From the NCBI GenBank assembly GCA_034005245.1, contig JAVEVC010000001.1:161999-225998 (forward strand): a DNA stretch of 64,000 nucleotides, written 5' to 3'. The notes under the pieces are model-generated. The model saw only the letters and a list, made by a program, of their open reading frames with translations. It did no database searches and was not told the origin of the DNA. A program made the translations under genes and the position numbers. Shown piece by piece: positions 48,053-57,027 of this stretch. Source of the stretch: Bacteroidales bacterium. Lineage in GTDB: Bacteria > Bacteroidota > Bacteroidia > Bacteroidales > VadinHA17. The stretch's first letter is position 1; every line of letters begins with the position of its first letter.

Positions 48053-48253
48053 GTAAAAAAACGACAAGTTGTTCATTTCTTCAATATTTCTGATTATCAG
48101 CATACTAATTCCGTCAAAGAATAGCTGTTTGGATTAAAACCGTCTTTTTATATTGTTGATCTCAAAGATATTTAAAGAGCAATTCTCCCTGAAGTTGAAA
48201 AAGGATGTCAAAATTATTCTAATTTTACCCATTCCCGGTTTATTTAATAAGGC

Positions 48254-48976
48254 ATGATAAAACATATTCCCAATCTCCTGACATCCCTCAATCTTGCTTC
48301 AGGATTCATTTCAATAATCTTCGCTGCAAAGGGAGATCTGGTGACAGCCAGCTGGTTTATTGCCGCAGCGATGGTATTTGATTTTTCCGACGGATTTACT
48401 GCTCGGTTGCTTAAAGCCTATTCTGCCATAGGAAAAGAGCTCGACAGTCTGGCCGATATCGTAAGTTTTGGCGTATCCCCTGCCCTCATGATCTATCAGC
48501 TGATAACCAATTCCATTCCGGAACAGATGCCTGAGTTGTCAGCATACAATAAAATCATATTTACAGTTATCATTTCCTCGCCAGTTCTTATGCCCGTTTG
48601 TGCAGGCCTCAGACTTGCTGTGTTCAACGTGGATCCTAACCAGTATTTTTCCTTTAAGGGTTTGCCAACACCGGCAAATGCAATTGGGGTGATCTCTGTT
48701 ATCCTGGGGGCGCAATATTCAGACTCATCAATTCTCGATTCATTTGCCGCGTCACCCCTTGCCCTGGCAGTGTATACAATAGTCCTTTCGATACTGATGG
48801 TAACACGAATACCCCTGCTTTCTCTTAAGATGACTCACCTCAGAGTGAAGGGGAACGAGGGAAGATACATCCTTGCTGCCCTGGTAGTGGTCTCATTTGC
48901 ATTTCTGGGATTTGCGGCATTGCCGCTTATCATTCCCTTTTACCTGGCTTCTTCGTGGATTTCAACTCTCTTTTGA
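48254..48976 (+). CDS. pssA: CDP-diacylglycerol--serine O-phosphatidyltransferase
   Basis: CDP-alcohol phosphatidyltransferase motif DFSDGFTARLLKAYSAIGKELDSLAD. Confidence 0.85.
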   Translation: MIKHIPNLLTSLNLASGFISIIFAAKGDLVTASWFIAAAMVFDFSDGFTARLLKAYSAIGKELDSLADIVSFGVSPALMIYQLITNSIPEQMPELSAYNKIIFTVIISSPVLMPVCAGLRLAVFNVDPNQYFSFKGLPTPANAIGVISVILGAQYSDSSILDSFAASPLALAVYTIVLSILMVTRIPLLSLKMTHLRVKGNEGRYILAALVVVSFAFLGFAALPLIIPFYLASSWISTLF

Positions 48977-49120
48977 TTTCCCTTGAAACGGTCTGCCTGA
49001 AACATCCTCCTGTGAAGGAAATCTCCTTTCGTAAAACTTCAGACCTGTTTTGATTGCAAACCAGCTGACAATGATAAAAACAGGCCAGATCAAATATTGA
49101 ATTAATCCTGATATATACAT
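48962..49120 (-). CDS. candidate 52-aa single-TM small protein (unannotated, below the track cut-off)
   Basis: My own translation gives MYISGLIQYLIWPVFIIVSWFAIKTGLKFYERRFPSQEDVSGRPFQGKSKES*. It has one clear TM helix and a charged tail. It lies 112 nt downstream of cydB on the same strand, and its 3' end overlaps the pssA 3' end. Confidence 0.3.
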   Translation of the reverse strand: MYISGLIQYLIWPVFIIVSWFAIKTGLKFYERRFPSQEDVSGRPFQGKSKES

Positions 49121-49146
49121 TCTACTTATTTATAATATGTTTTTCG

Positions 49147-49161
49147 TTCATTCATTCATTC
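49147..49161. repeat. short tetranucleotide repeat (TTCA) x3.75
   Basis: gTTCATTCATTCATTCgg, between the cydB stop and the small ORF. Confidence 0.6.
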
Positions 49162-49201
49162 GGTCCTTCCCCTCGCGGCCCTGACTCATATCCCCACGGA
49201 A

Positions 49202-49233
49202 GCCTTGCGCCTTGCATCTTGCACCTTGTACCT
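49202..49233. repeat. four and a half tandem degenerate heptamers (GCCTTGC GCCTTGC ATCTTGC ACCTTGT ACCT)
   Basis: Read directly from the sequence. The repeat abuts the cydB stop codon. On the cydB mRNA it reads UGAGGU ACAAGGU GCAAGAU GCAAGGC GCAAGGC. Confidence 0.6.
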
Positions 49234-50363
49234 CAATATTTATGCCCTTCCGATCTCATTTCGTCTTCGGTTATTTTCCTTTTATTTATCGATTTCCAGG
49301 AGTACCATATGTAGGCGACAACGAAGGGAATGATGAATGAAACATACATCATTGTTTTGAGTGTGAAATGACTGGATGATGCGTTCCTTATTGTAAGCGA
49401 ACTCTGCAGGTCGTACGTTGAAGGGTAAAATGCGGTGCCGTTAAAGCCTGCTGTCAGAAAAAGTGAAAATACTGCCAGTACAGTGCCCGATCCGGTGAAC
49501 CAGATCCCCTTCCTGCTGTCTCTGGTGACAGTTGCTGAAATGCCATAGAGCACTGCAACAACACCCAGGAGAAAAAGAATCAGAACCAGGGGCATCTGAA
49601 TCAGGTTTTTCAGATATTTGAACTTCACAAGTGCAACAGCACCAGTTTCAGGATCTGCAGCAAATCCCTGAGAAACCAGCAAGGCTATCACGAAAAAGAG
49701 AAAAAATAAAAGGAACAGGATTGAATTCAACGTCACGCACTTTACTGATCTTTTCAGAATCGCTTCGTTATCAATAGAATTAATAATATAGAGCAGCCCA
49801 TTGACCCTGGCAAGGAATAGCACAGCCAGGCCCAGTGCCAGATTTCGTATATTAAGCAATGCCTCAAGCCCATGCCATGGTGTTTCCCATTGAACCTGAT
49901 TCATATTGTTCAGACTGAACTGCGAGCCTGTAAAAAACGTAGCAACGGCAACACCTATCAGGAAGGGACCCAGGGAACCATTTACCAGCAGAAAGATCTC
50001 GAATGTTTTCTTCCCGAAAACATTTGCCGGCTTAGACCGGTACTCGTAAGCAATTGCCTGAATGATGAAGCTGAACAGTATGGCTATCCAAACCCAGTAG
50101 GCGCCTCCGAAACTCGAAGCATAGAACAGGGGGAATGATGCAAAAAAAGCTCCTCCGAAGGTCACGAGGGTTGTAAATGTAAATTCCCATTTCCTTCCCA
50201 GAGTATTTACAATCATGGTTTTCTGCAAATCGTTGGCAGGGAGAGAGAAGATCATCGACTGGCCGCCCTGCACAAACATCAGGAATACAAGCAATCCGGC
50301 AAGCAGCGATACTATTATCCACCAGTATTCCTGAAGAAAGATATGTGTTACTATCATAGTCAT
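49233..50363 (-). CDS. cydB: cytochrome bd ubiquinol oxidase subunit II
   Basis: 376 aa and polytopic, 12 nt after cydA. Confidence 0.9.
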   Translation of the reverse strand: MTMIVTHIFLQEYWWIIVSLLAGLLVFLMFVQGGQSMIFSLPANDLQKTMIVNTLGRKWEFTFTTLVTFGGAFFASFPLFYASSFGGAYWVWIAILFSFIIQAIAYEYRSKPANVFGKKTFEIFLLVNGSLGPFLIGVAVATFFTGSQFSLNNMNQVQWETPWHGLEALLNIRNLALGLAVLFLARVNGLLYIINSIDNEAILKRSVKCVTLNSILFLLFFLFFVIALLVSQGFAADPETGAVALVKFKYLKNLIQMPLVLILFLLGVVAVLYGISATVTRDSRKGIWFTGSGTVLAVFSLFLTAGFNGTAFYPSTYDLQSSLTIRNASSSHFTLKTMMYVSFIIPFVVAYIWYSWKSINKRKITEDEMRSEGHKY

Positions 50364-50375
50364 AATATTATCCTC

Positions 50376-51932
50376 CTAGTGTTTGGGTCCAATTTTAATC
50401 TGTTTTACCATTATGGAGATCTCGGCAATAAGCAGAGCTGTAAACAATACTGCAAACAGGATGAAAGTTGTTATCACCGATCCTGCGCTTATGTTTGATA
50501 CTGCGGCCGACACAGGCATCAGGTCCTGTATTATCCAGGGCTGACGTCCCATTTCGGTCACAACCCAGCCAAGTTCGCCTGCAATGTAAGGCAGCGGTAT
50601 TGAGAACAGCGCCACCCACAGAAACCACCTGTTTTTGGTCAGTGTGCCCCTGTATAGAAAGAATAGTGACAGTATAAAAACAAGCACAAAAAAGAATCCA
50701 AGCATCACCATAATATGGAATGAATAGAAAGCTACAGGAACACTTGGAATTGCATCGGCCGGAGATTTCAGGAAGGAATAGCCAAAATACCTGAAATATT
50801 CATCCCTGAAGCCTGTATCCATGAATTGCATTTTAAGCTCTTCAACCTTTGAATGGTCATCTTGCTCTCTTGCCTTTTTGTATTCTGCCAGCACTGTACC
50901 TGCATGTTTTCCTCTCTCAATTTTTTCAGCTACCGACATAATGTTTCTTCCGGAATTTCCTGAAACCAGGTCTCTTATTCCCGGCACAAATGTGTCTCTG
51001 CTTCCTCCTGTCATCACGGAGAGAAATCCGGGAATCTCAAATCTGAATACAAAATCCTTAACTTCCTTTTCATCAATCTTCTCTCCTGAGTTTTTCAATA
51101 CGCCTAGTGCAACAAGTCCGGCATTATCTGTTCCGTCGTATAAAGCTTCAAAAGCTGCAAACTTCATGGGCTGAACCTTCGCCAGGGTTCTGGCTGAAGT
51201 GTCTCCTGTATAGATCACAGTCACCGATGCCAGAAGGCCGAAGATAGCAGCTATCAGAATGCTTCTTTTTGCCAGGAGCTCTTCTCTTTTCTTTATGAGG
51301 AACCAGGAACTGACACCTATAACAAACATTGAACCAAGCAGAAAACCCGAGGAGATTGTGTGGATGAACTTATCGACTGCAACCTCATTGAAGAGGACAG
51401 CCCAGAAACTTACCATCTCGTTTCTTGCCGTTTCTGGATTAAAGATCATACCGACAGGGTTCTCCATCCATGCATTTGCAACAAGGATCCACAAAGCAGA
51501 CAGGCTGGCTCCTATGGCCACCAGCCAGGTAGATAAGAGATGGAACCTTTTTCCGACCTTGTCCCATCCAAAGAACATTACTGCAATAAAGGTCGATTCA
51601 AGGAAAAAAGCAAGAATCCCTTCGATTGCCAGCGGGGCTCCGAAGATATCCCCTACAAACCATGAGTAGTTTGACCAGTTTGTGCCAAATTCAAACTCAA
51701 GGATGATACCGGTTGCAACGCCAATGGCAAAATTAATTCCGAAAAGAGTCATCCAGAACCGGGTAAGCCTCTTCCATCCTTCATCTCCGGTCCTGACGTA
51801 GATGGTTTCCATGAAAGCAAGAAGGAATGACAATCCGAGTGTGAGGGGAACAAAAAGCCAGTGGTAAATTGCTGTTAATGCAAACTGGGCCCTTGACCAG
51901 TCTACAAGAGACAAATCTACATTTTCAATCAT
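50376..51932 (-). CDS. cydA: cytochrome bd ubiquinol oxidase subunit I
   Basis: 518 aa with the N-terminus LVDWSRAQFALTAIYHWLFVPLTLG and a Q-loop region. Confidence 0.9.
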   Translation of the reverse strand: MIENVDLSLVDWSRAQFALTAIYHWLFVPLTLGLSFLLAFMETIYVRTGDEGWKRLTRFWMTLFGINFAIGVATGIILEFEFGTNWSNYSWFVGDIFGAPLAIEGILAFFLESTFIAVMFFGWDKVGKRFHLLSTWLVAIGASLSALWILVANAWMENPVGMIFNPETARNEMVSFWAVLFNEVAVDKFIHTISSGFLLGSMFVIGVSSWFLIKKREELLAKRSILIAAIFGLLASVTVIYTGDTSARTLAKVQPMKFAAFEALYDGTDNAGLVALGVLKNSGEKIDEKEVKDFVFRFEIPGFLSVMTGGSRDTFVPGIRDLVSGNSGRNIMSVAEKIERGKHAGTVLAEYKKAREQDDHSKVEELKMQFMDTGFRDEYFRYFGYSFLKSPADAIPSVPVAFYSFHIMVMLGFFFVLVFILSLFFLYRGTLTKNRWFLWVALFSIPLPYIAGELGWVVTEMGRQPWIIQDLMPVSAAVSNISAGSVITTFILFAVLFTALLIAEISIMVKQIKIGPKH

Positions 51933-52170
51933 AGTATTCTGGTGAATTGATTAATTGCTCTAGAACATAATCACTCCTCTGCTCTTCCGAATCAAATTTA
52001 GTTTTCAGAAAATCAGGAAAGAAGAATAATCTCAACACTGCAAATATTAGAAATAACTTGATCAACAGAATGATCCAGATCCGCTTTCCCCACCACGACA
52101 TTGTCCTGAAACCATCATAATAAAAATGGAATATGCGTTGAAAAGCCGTTTGAGCAGGATTTTTACCCAT
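51925..52170 (-). CDS. DUF4492-like small membrane protein upstream of cydA
   Basis: The internal ATG at 52170 gives MGKNPAQTAFQRIFHFYYDGFRTMSWWGKRIWIILLIKLFLIF... It overlaps cydA by 8 nt and the upstream gene by 8 nt. I rejected the longer track start. Confidence 0.6.
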   Translation of the reverse strand: MGKNPAQTAFQRIFHFYYDGFRTMSWWGKRIWIILLIKLFLIFAVLRLFFFPDFLKTKFDSEEQRSDYVLEQLINSPEYYD

Positions 52171-53413
52171 TAGAATCTTTTTTGCGCGGTTTTCTGAAAG
52201 ATCCCCGTGATGCCCCATCCTTTTGAGATGAAAAAGATGAGGACCGTCCAACCATCATTTCGTTGTCATTTTCAACCGGTATCCTTATTTTATCTGAAGG
52301 ATCGTTTACTGATAATCCCGAAGTAATTTTCTGAACAGCCTTATAACTATAAAAGAACTCCCTTGCAAAGACTCTAAGTACTGTATAAGCCGGTATGCCC
52401 AGCAGCATACCCGGAATGCCGGCTGCAAAACCTGCTGCAAGCACTACAACAAATATCTCAAGAGGGTGTGCCCTTACACTGTTGGAAAATATAACAGGCT
52501 GAAAAATAACATTGTCAATAAGATGTGTGATCGCCTCAACAATTATCATATAATATACAAGAGGAATGACAACAGTCGAAAAATCCTCATTTATATGGGC
52601 CGCAACACCCATTATTATTGCGATGAAAAGGCCGATCCACGGACCAACATAAGGGATCACATTCAGAATACCCAGGATGAGGCCCATTACAAGAGCCTGC
52701 TGGAAATCAATCCCCACTAGCGTCATTCCTATATCTATCAGGATCATGATGCAGGTGCTCTGTATGATGATCCCTATGAAATACCTGGTCAGCAGATTCT
52801 TTATGGAATTCAGTGCATTCGTGACATTTTCCGTATACTTGTCAGGAACCCACATAATTATAGATTCAAAGAACAGGTGCTTGTCCTTGAGAAAAAAGAA
52901 AGTGATAAAGGTTATTGAGAATACTGCAATTGCCAGGTTCCCCAGAATGCCAATAACAGATCCGAGAAAATTCTGTATCATTTCAATGTTGAGAACATCT
53001 GATACTTTGGAATTAATATATTCCTTGATTGATAAATCATCGCCTATACCGGGATTAAGGCTCTTGAAAATGCTTTCTATCTTTTTAACGGGCTCATCGA
53101 TAAGAAGTACTATCTTCTCGCTGTCGATGGTGGAGAAATAGTTTATCTGCTTGGTTACCAGTGGAACAAATATCCAGAAAAACAAAACTATCAGGCCCCA
53201 GATTATAATAAGAGTGAGAAGTGCACTCAGTGCGTTCGGAAATTTCCATTTTCTGATCCTGATACTGTTGAACAGGTCAACCAGAGGCCTGCCCATGACT
53301 GACAGCACTCCGGCCACCAGTATGTATACTACAATATTCCTGAAATACCACAGGCAGGCCAGAAACAAAAGTATCCCGAGAAATATAAGTACATTCCTTA
53401 ATGTGGCTTTCAT
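52163..53413 (-). CDS. AI-2E family (PerM/UPF0118) transporter
   Basis: 416 aa and polytopic, with a typical AI-2E architecture and a hydrophilic C-terminal tail. Confidence 0.7.
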   Translation of the reverse strand: MKATLRNVLIFLGILLFLACLWYFRNIVVYILVAGVLSVMGRPLVDLFNSIRIRKWKFPNALSALLTLIIIWGLIVLFFWIFVPLVTKQINYFSTIDSEKIVLLIDEPVKKIESIFKSLNPGIGDDLSIKEYINSKVSDVLNIEMIQNFLGSVIGILGNLAIAVFSITFITFFFLKDKHLFFESIIMWVPDKYTENVTNALNSIKNLLTRYFIGIIIQSTCIMILIDIGMTLVGIDFQQALVMGLILGILNVIPYVGPWIGLFIAIIMGVAAHINEDFSTVVIPLVYYMIIVEAITHLIDNVIFQPVIFSNSVRAHPLEIFVVVLAAGFAAGIPGMLLGIPAYTVLRVFAREFFYSYKAVQKITSGLSVNDPSDKIRIPVENDNEMMVGRSSSFSSQKDGASRGSFRKPRKKDSNG

Positions 53414-53433
53414 GGCAGAGGCCTTTTTCTTTA

Positions 53434-53441
53434 CAAACCTA
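53434..53441 (-). promoter_or_regulatory. putative -7 promoter box (TAGGTTTG)
   Basis: Exact TAnnTTTG on the minus strand, 20 nt upstream of the ATG at 53413. Confidence 0.4.
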
Positions 53442-53710
53442 AATTAAATTTTCCTAATTCCCTATCAGTAACACGCAACTTATTTCCGTGCCGTTATCAA
53501 CCAACCTTTGCACGAAATTGCTGCAACTGATCCTCGTGATCCTGCGACCGATCTCTGTCCTCAATGCTTCTATTAACCAACCCGGTCTTCCGGCAGGCAG
53601 ATCACCGGTTCCTTTTAACAACCTTCAGGATCATTATGGGTTCCTTCCTATAACAAAAAAGATACACAGAATGCCATTATGTCTGCTGATTCTCTGATAA
53701 AATGTCATTT

Positions 53711-53726
53711 TGGCTGATTCTTTGCT
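53711..53726 (+). promoter_or_regulatory. candidate sigma-54 (-24/-12) promoter upstream of hsp20
   Basis: TGGCTGATTCTTTGCT matches TGGCAC-N5-TTGCW at T1 G2 G3 C4 and T12 T13 G14 C15 W16 with exact spacing. It lies 54 nt upstream of the ATG at 53780. I found no exact TAnnTTTG box in this leader. Confidence 0.35.
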
Positions 53727-53779
53727 GTGGAATAGAAATTGAGATTACAGGGATAGAAAATTATGTTAAACTAAAAATA

Positions 53780-54220
53780 ATGGAGGACAAAGCTATGTTA
53801 CCATCGATATTAAGAAGAAGTTACAGGCCGTTGTACATGCCTGGTTTTTTTGATGATGATTTCCTCCCTGTTTTAAATAACAGGAGCAACTCAATGCCTG
53901 CTGTTAATATAAGGGAAGATGAGAAGAAATTCAATCTTGAGCTTGCAGTACCGGGAATTGACAAGAAAGATCTTAAAATTGACATTGATGAAGATCTCCT
54001 TACAATTTCTTCGGAATGCAAGAACGAAACTGAGGAAAACACTGACGGATACAAAAGGAAGGAATTCAGCTACACATCTTTCTGCAGAAGCTTCCAGATA
54101 CCTGAAAATGTTAACAGGGAGAAGATTGAAGCCAGCTACAAGGATGGGATACTGAGTGTTTCCCTCCCCAAAGTAAATGAAGAGAAGAATAAAATAACCA
54201 GGCAGATAAAGATTTCATAA
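53780..54220 (+). CDS. Hsp20/alpha-crystallin small heat-shock protein
   Basis: Alpha-crystallin domain (PAVNIREDEKKFNLELAVPGIDKKDLKIDIDEDLLTISS ... ASYKDGILSVSLPK). The start is at 53780 or 53795. Confidence 0.85.
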   Translation: MEDKAMLPSILRRSYRPLYMPGFFDDDFLPVLNNRSNSMPAVNIREDEKKFNLELAVPGIDKKDLKIDIDEDLLTISSECKNETEENTDGYKRKEFSYTSFCRSFQIPENVNREKIEASYKDGILSVSLPKVNEEKNKITRQIKIS

Positions 54221-54254
54221 GAAAAAATCCCGGTCACTTGCCGGGATTTTTTTT
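54221..54254. terminator. bidirectional intrinsic terminator between hsp20 and the flavodiiron gene
   Basis: GAAAAAATCCCGG-TCACTTG-CCGGGATTTTTTTT. The stem is perfect and is flanked by an A-run and a T-run. The stem and loop also encode the last codons (KKNPGK*) of the minus-strand gene. Confidence 0.7.
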
Positions 54255-55475
54255 ATTCTCACTCTCAATAATCTTTTCGGCAAATCGTTTTCCGAACTCA
54301 ATGAGATATTCCTTTTTTGATGCTCCCGGAGAGAATTTGAACGCAGCGGGTTCTTCGCATACATCCAGTTTCAGGTTCTTCATGGTTTCATTAATTATCT
54401 TCGAAGCTTCACCGCTCCAGCCATACGAACCAAATGCACCGGCTATCTTACCCCTGTCACGAATGGGATTGACAAGAGCCAGCAATTTGTAAACAGGCAT
54501 CAGGGTATTCTGGTTGATGGTCGGCGAACCTACCAGGATGGCATCAGACACCGTAAGCTTCGAATCGAGGTCTTCAACTGAAATTGTCTCAATATCTGTC
54601 ACTTCAATGTTGAAGTTACCCGATCCTGAAATGCCGGAGGCGATATGAAAGGCAGCCTCCCTGGTATATCCATATGCTGATATATAGGTGACCAGGACAT
54701 TTTTGACAGCTTTCTCTCCTGTAGCTTTCAGGTATTCCTCTGAAAGCTTCTTTGTAAGACTTATGACTTCCCTGAGGTTCTCATAATGAACAGGACCATG
54801 GCCGGGACATACGGCAACCATATCAAGAGGCTCAATCTTTTCAATAGCCTTTATCATGAACTTGCTGTACGGTTTCAGTATGACATCAAAATAATACCTG
54901 AAGGTCTCAAGGTACTCGTCAGATAATTTGCTCCTCATCAAAGGATCACAGTAGTGAGCCCCGAATGAATCGCAGGTGAATAAGATCCTGTCCTCTTCAA
55001 GATATGTATATATTGAATCAGGCCAGTGAAGGTTCGGAGCGTTTATGAACCTGAGTGTCTTGTTTCCCAGATCAAGAGTGTCTCCATCCTTTACTGAAAG
55101 AGACCTGAAAGGTTTGTTTAGCATGTCTCCCAGATACCTTATTGCGTTGCCGCTTCCGACGACGGTGGCCGACGGGGCGAGGTCAAGCAGGATCCCAAGG
55201 CTGCCTGAATGGTCAGGTTCCGTGTGGTTAAGAATGATATATTCTATTTCTCCGGGATCAGTTACCGATCTGATCTTTTGCAGATAGGTGTCACTGAATT
55301 TTTCTTTTGCAACCTCGATAAGTGCTTTCTTCCCGGCATTGATAAAATATGAGTTATATGTGGTCCCGTGTTCGGTATGCATCACAATATCGAAGGTCCT
55401 TATATCAAAATCCAGAATGCCCACCCATTTGACATCCCTTGAAATTTCTATAATTTCATTATCCGTATAGTTCAT
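54234..55475 (-). CDS. flavodiiron protein (FprA / rubredoxin:oxygen oxidoreductase type)
   Basis: Metallo-beta-lactamase-like diiron motif NHTEPDHSGS plus a C-terminal flavodoxin-like domain. Confidence 0.8.
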   Translation of the reverse strand: MNYTDNEIIEISRDVKWVGILDFDIRTFDIVMHTEHGTTYNSYFINAGKKALIEVAKEKFSDTYLQKIRSVTDPGEIEYIILNHTEPDHSGSLGILLDLAPSATVVGSGNAIRYLGDMLNKPFRSLSVKDGDTLDLGNKTLRFINAPNLHWPDSIYTYLEEDRILFTCDSFGAHYCDPLMRSKLSDEYLETFRYYFDVILKPYSKFMIKAIEKIEPLDMVAVCPGHGPVHYENLREVISLTKKLSEEYLKATGEKAVKNVLVTYISAYGYTREAAFHIASGISGSGNFNIEVTDIETISVEDLDSKLTVSDAILVGSPTINQNTLMPVYKLLALVNPIRDRGKIAGAFGSYGWSGEASKIINETMKNLKLDVCEEPAAFKFSPGASKKEYLIEFGKRFAEKIIESENKKNPGK

Positions 55476-55488
55476 GTGTTCCGGTATT

Positions 55489-56145
55489 TTATAGTTTAGC
55501 TATCACGCTCTTGTTTGCCTGCACCGGCTGAAGAATCGGGACTTCTATCTCAGTACCCAGTGGCAGAAAAACATCCACCCGTGATCCGAACTTGATGAAT
55601 CCAAGCTCATCGCCCTGTTTCACCTCCTGGTCCTTCTTTGCATAGGTGACAATACGCCTGGCCAGTGCCCCGGCAATCTGCCTGACAAGGATCTCCTCCC
55701 CCTCATTTGTTTCGATCACTATGGAACTGCGCTCGTTAAGCACGGATGATTTCGGGTGCCAGGCAACCATATTGTGACCTGGTTGATAAAATACTTCCTT
55801 TACACGGCCTGATACCGGGTACCTGTTGCTGTGAATATTAAAGGGCGACATAAATATTGAAATCTGAAGCCTCATGTCCTTAAAATACTCCTCCTCCACA
55901 GTCTCTTCAATAACAACTACTTTCCCGTCGGCCGGAGCAAAAATAAGTCCCGGATCCGGTTCAAGATTCCTGTCGGGAAAACGGAAAAAGAACATCAGAA
56001 AAAGGTACAAAGCCACTGAAGCTATCATAAATCCCCATTTGAGAATCATACTATCAGCCCAGAAAATATTAACCAGTATATTTGCTAATACCAGTATTAT
56101 AAAACCGTAACCTAATATCTTATATCCTTCCCGGTGAATACTCAT
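55489..56145 (-). CDS. psd: phosphatidylserine decarboxylase (short form)
   Basis: 218 aa with the self-cleavage region IKFGSRVD. Confidence 0.8.
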   Translation of the reverse strand: MSIHREGYKILGYGFIILVLANILVNIFWADSMILKWGFMIASVALYLFLMFFFRFPDRNLEPDPGLIFAPADGKVVVIEETVEEEYFKDMRLQISIFMSPFNIHSNRYPVSGRVKEVFYQPGHNMVAWHPKSSVLNERSSIVIETNEGEEILVRQIAGALARRIVTYAKKDQEVKQGDELGFIKFGSRVDVFLPLGTEIEVPILQPVQANKSVIAKL

Positions 56146-56184
56146 TTCTTAAAAATTTGCACAAAACTAATCAGTTACTCTTAA

Positions 56185-57027
56185 TCATCCAAAAAGTGAA
56201 ATAAAAAGATAAACCATGGGAAATGAAATCACGGCACTGTCGAATCTGTCAAGAAATCCTCCATGGCCTGGCATTATCGATCCGGAATCTTTAAGTCCCA
56301 TGCTTCTTTTCAGCATCGACTCGGCAAGATCGCCATAGGTGCCAGTCACTGATATTGTTAACGCGATAACAATCCAGATTGATCTGCTCACGACACCCAG
56401 CCATCCTGCAAGAAAATATGCAACTATAGCAGTAAGCAGCATACCTCCGAAGAATCCTTCCCAGGACTTTTTCGGGGATATTCTTTCCATGAGCCTGTGG
56501 CGGCCAAAAGAAATTCCGGCAAGGTAGGCCCCTGTATCATTAATCCACAGAAGAATGAAAAAACCAACCACTATTCCGGGGGAGAAAGCAATTCCGGGAT
56601 GAGGCAGAATTGATTCCGGCCCCGTCTTTGAGAATGCTGCATGCGGAAGAAGTGAAAAAGGGATGGCAGTATAGATAAGCGCAAAAAAAGTATGGGCGAG
56701 AGAATCGAATGGTTGTTCATTTTTTCTGTAGAGTTCAATTATTATGATGGCAATGCCGGCAGGGATTAAAAAAAGAAAGGTACTTAACGGCAGGTAACCT
56801 GCAGCTGCCAGGGTCGAAACCGTGTACAGTAATGCTCCGGTTACAACGCCCGGGATAATCTGTGGACGGGTTCCTGTTTCCCGTATCATACAGTAATACT
56901 CATACTGGATACCTGCCAGAAGAATAAGCCCTGTTAAATAGAAACTCACCGGATGCAGCCAGAATCCGCCAAGAATAAACACAACAATCCATACTCCGGT
57001 AAGAGTCCTTTTCAGAAGATCGTTCAA
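56185..57027 (-). CDS. cdsA: phosphatidate cytidylyltransferase
   Basis: C-terminal signature SMLKRSMGLKDSGSIMPGHGGFLDRFDS. Confidence 0.85.
   Translation of the reverse strand: MNDLLKRTLTGVWIVVFILGGFWLHPVSFYLTGLILLAGIQYEYYCMIRETGTRPQIIPGVVTGALLYTVSTLAAAGYLPLSTFLFLIPAGIAIIIIELYRKNEQPFDSLAHTFFALIYTAIPFSLLPHAAFSKTGPESILPHPGIAFSPGIVVGFFILLWINDTGAYLAGISFGRHRLMERISPKKSWEGFFGGMLLTAIVAYFLAGWLGVVSRSIWIVIALTISVTGTYGDLAESMLKRSMGLKDSGSIMPGHGGFLDRFDSAVISFPMVYLFISLFG

Noticed and set aside
49141-49215. A 21-codon ORF (MQGARLPWGYESGPRGEGPNE) inside the GC-rich patch downstream of cydB.
   Set aside because: It is too short, it is generated by the repeat sequence itself, and it has no hydrophobic or other recognisable character. 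I treat the region as non-coding repeat or UTR.
53488-53697. A 69-aa ORF in the hsp20 / AI-2E intergenic region, and two copies of T(C/T)AACCAACC about 74 nt apart.
   Set aside because: The ORF has a non-ATG start and an odd composition (Leu/Pro/Ile-rich), with no promoter spacing to support it. The 9-10-nt direct repeat occurs only twice and could be chance.
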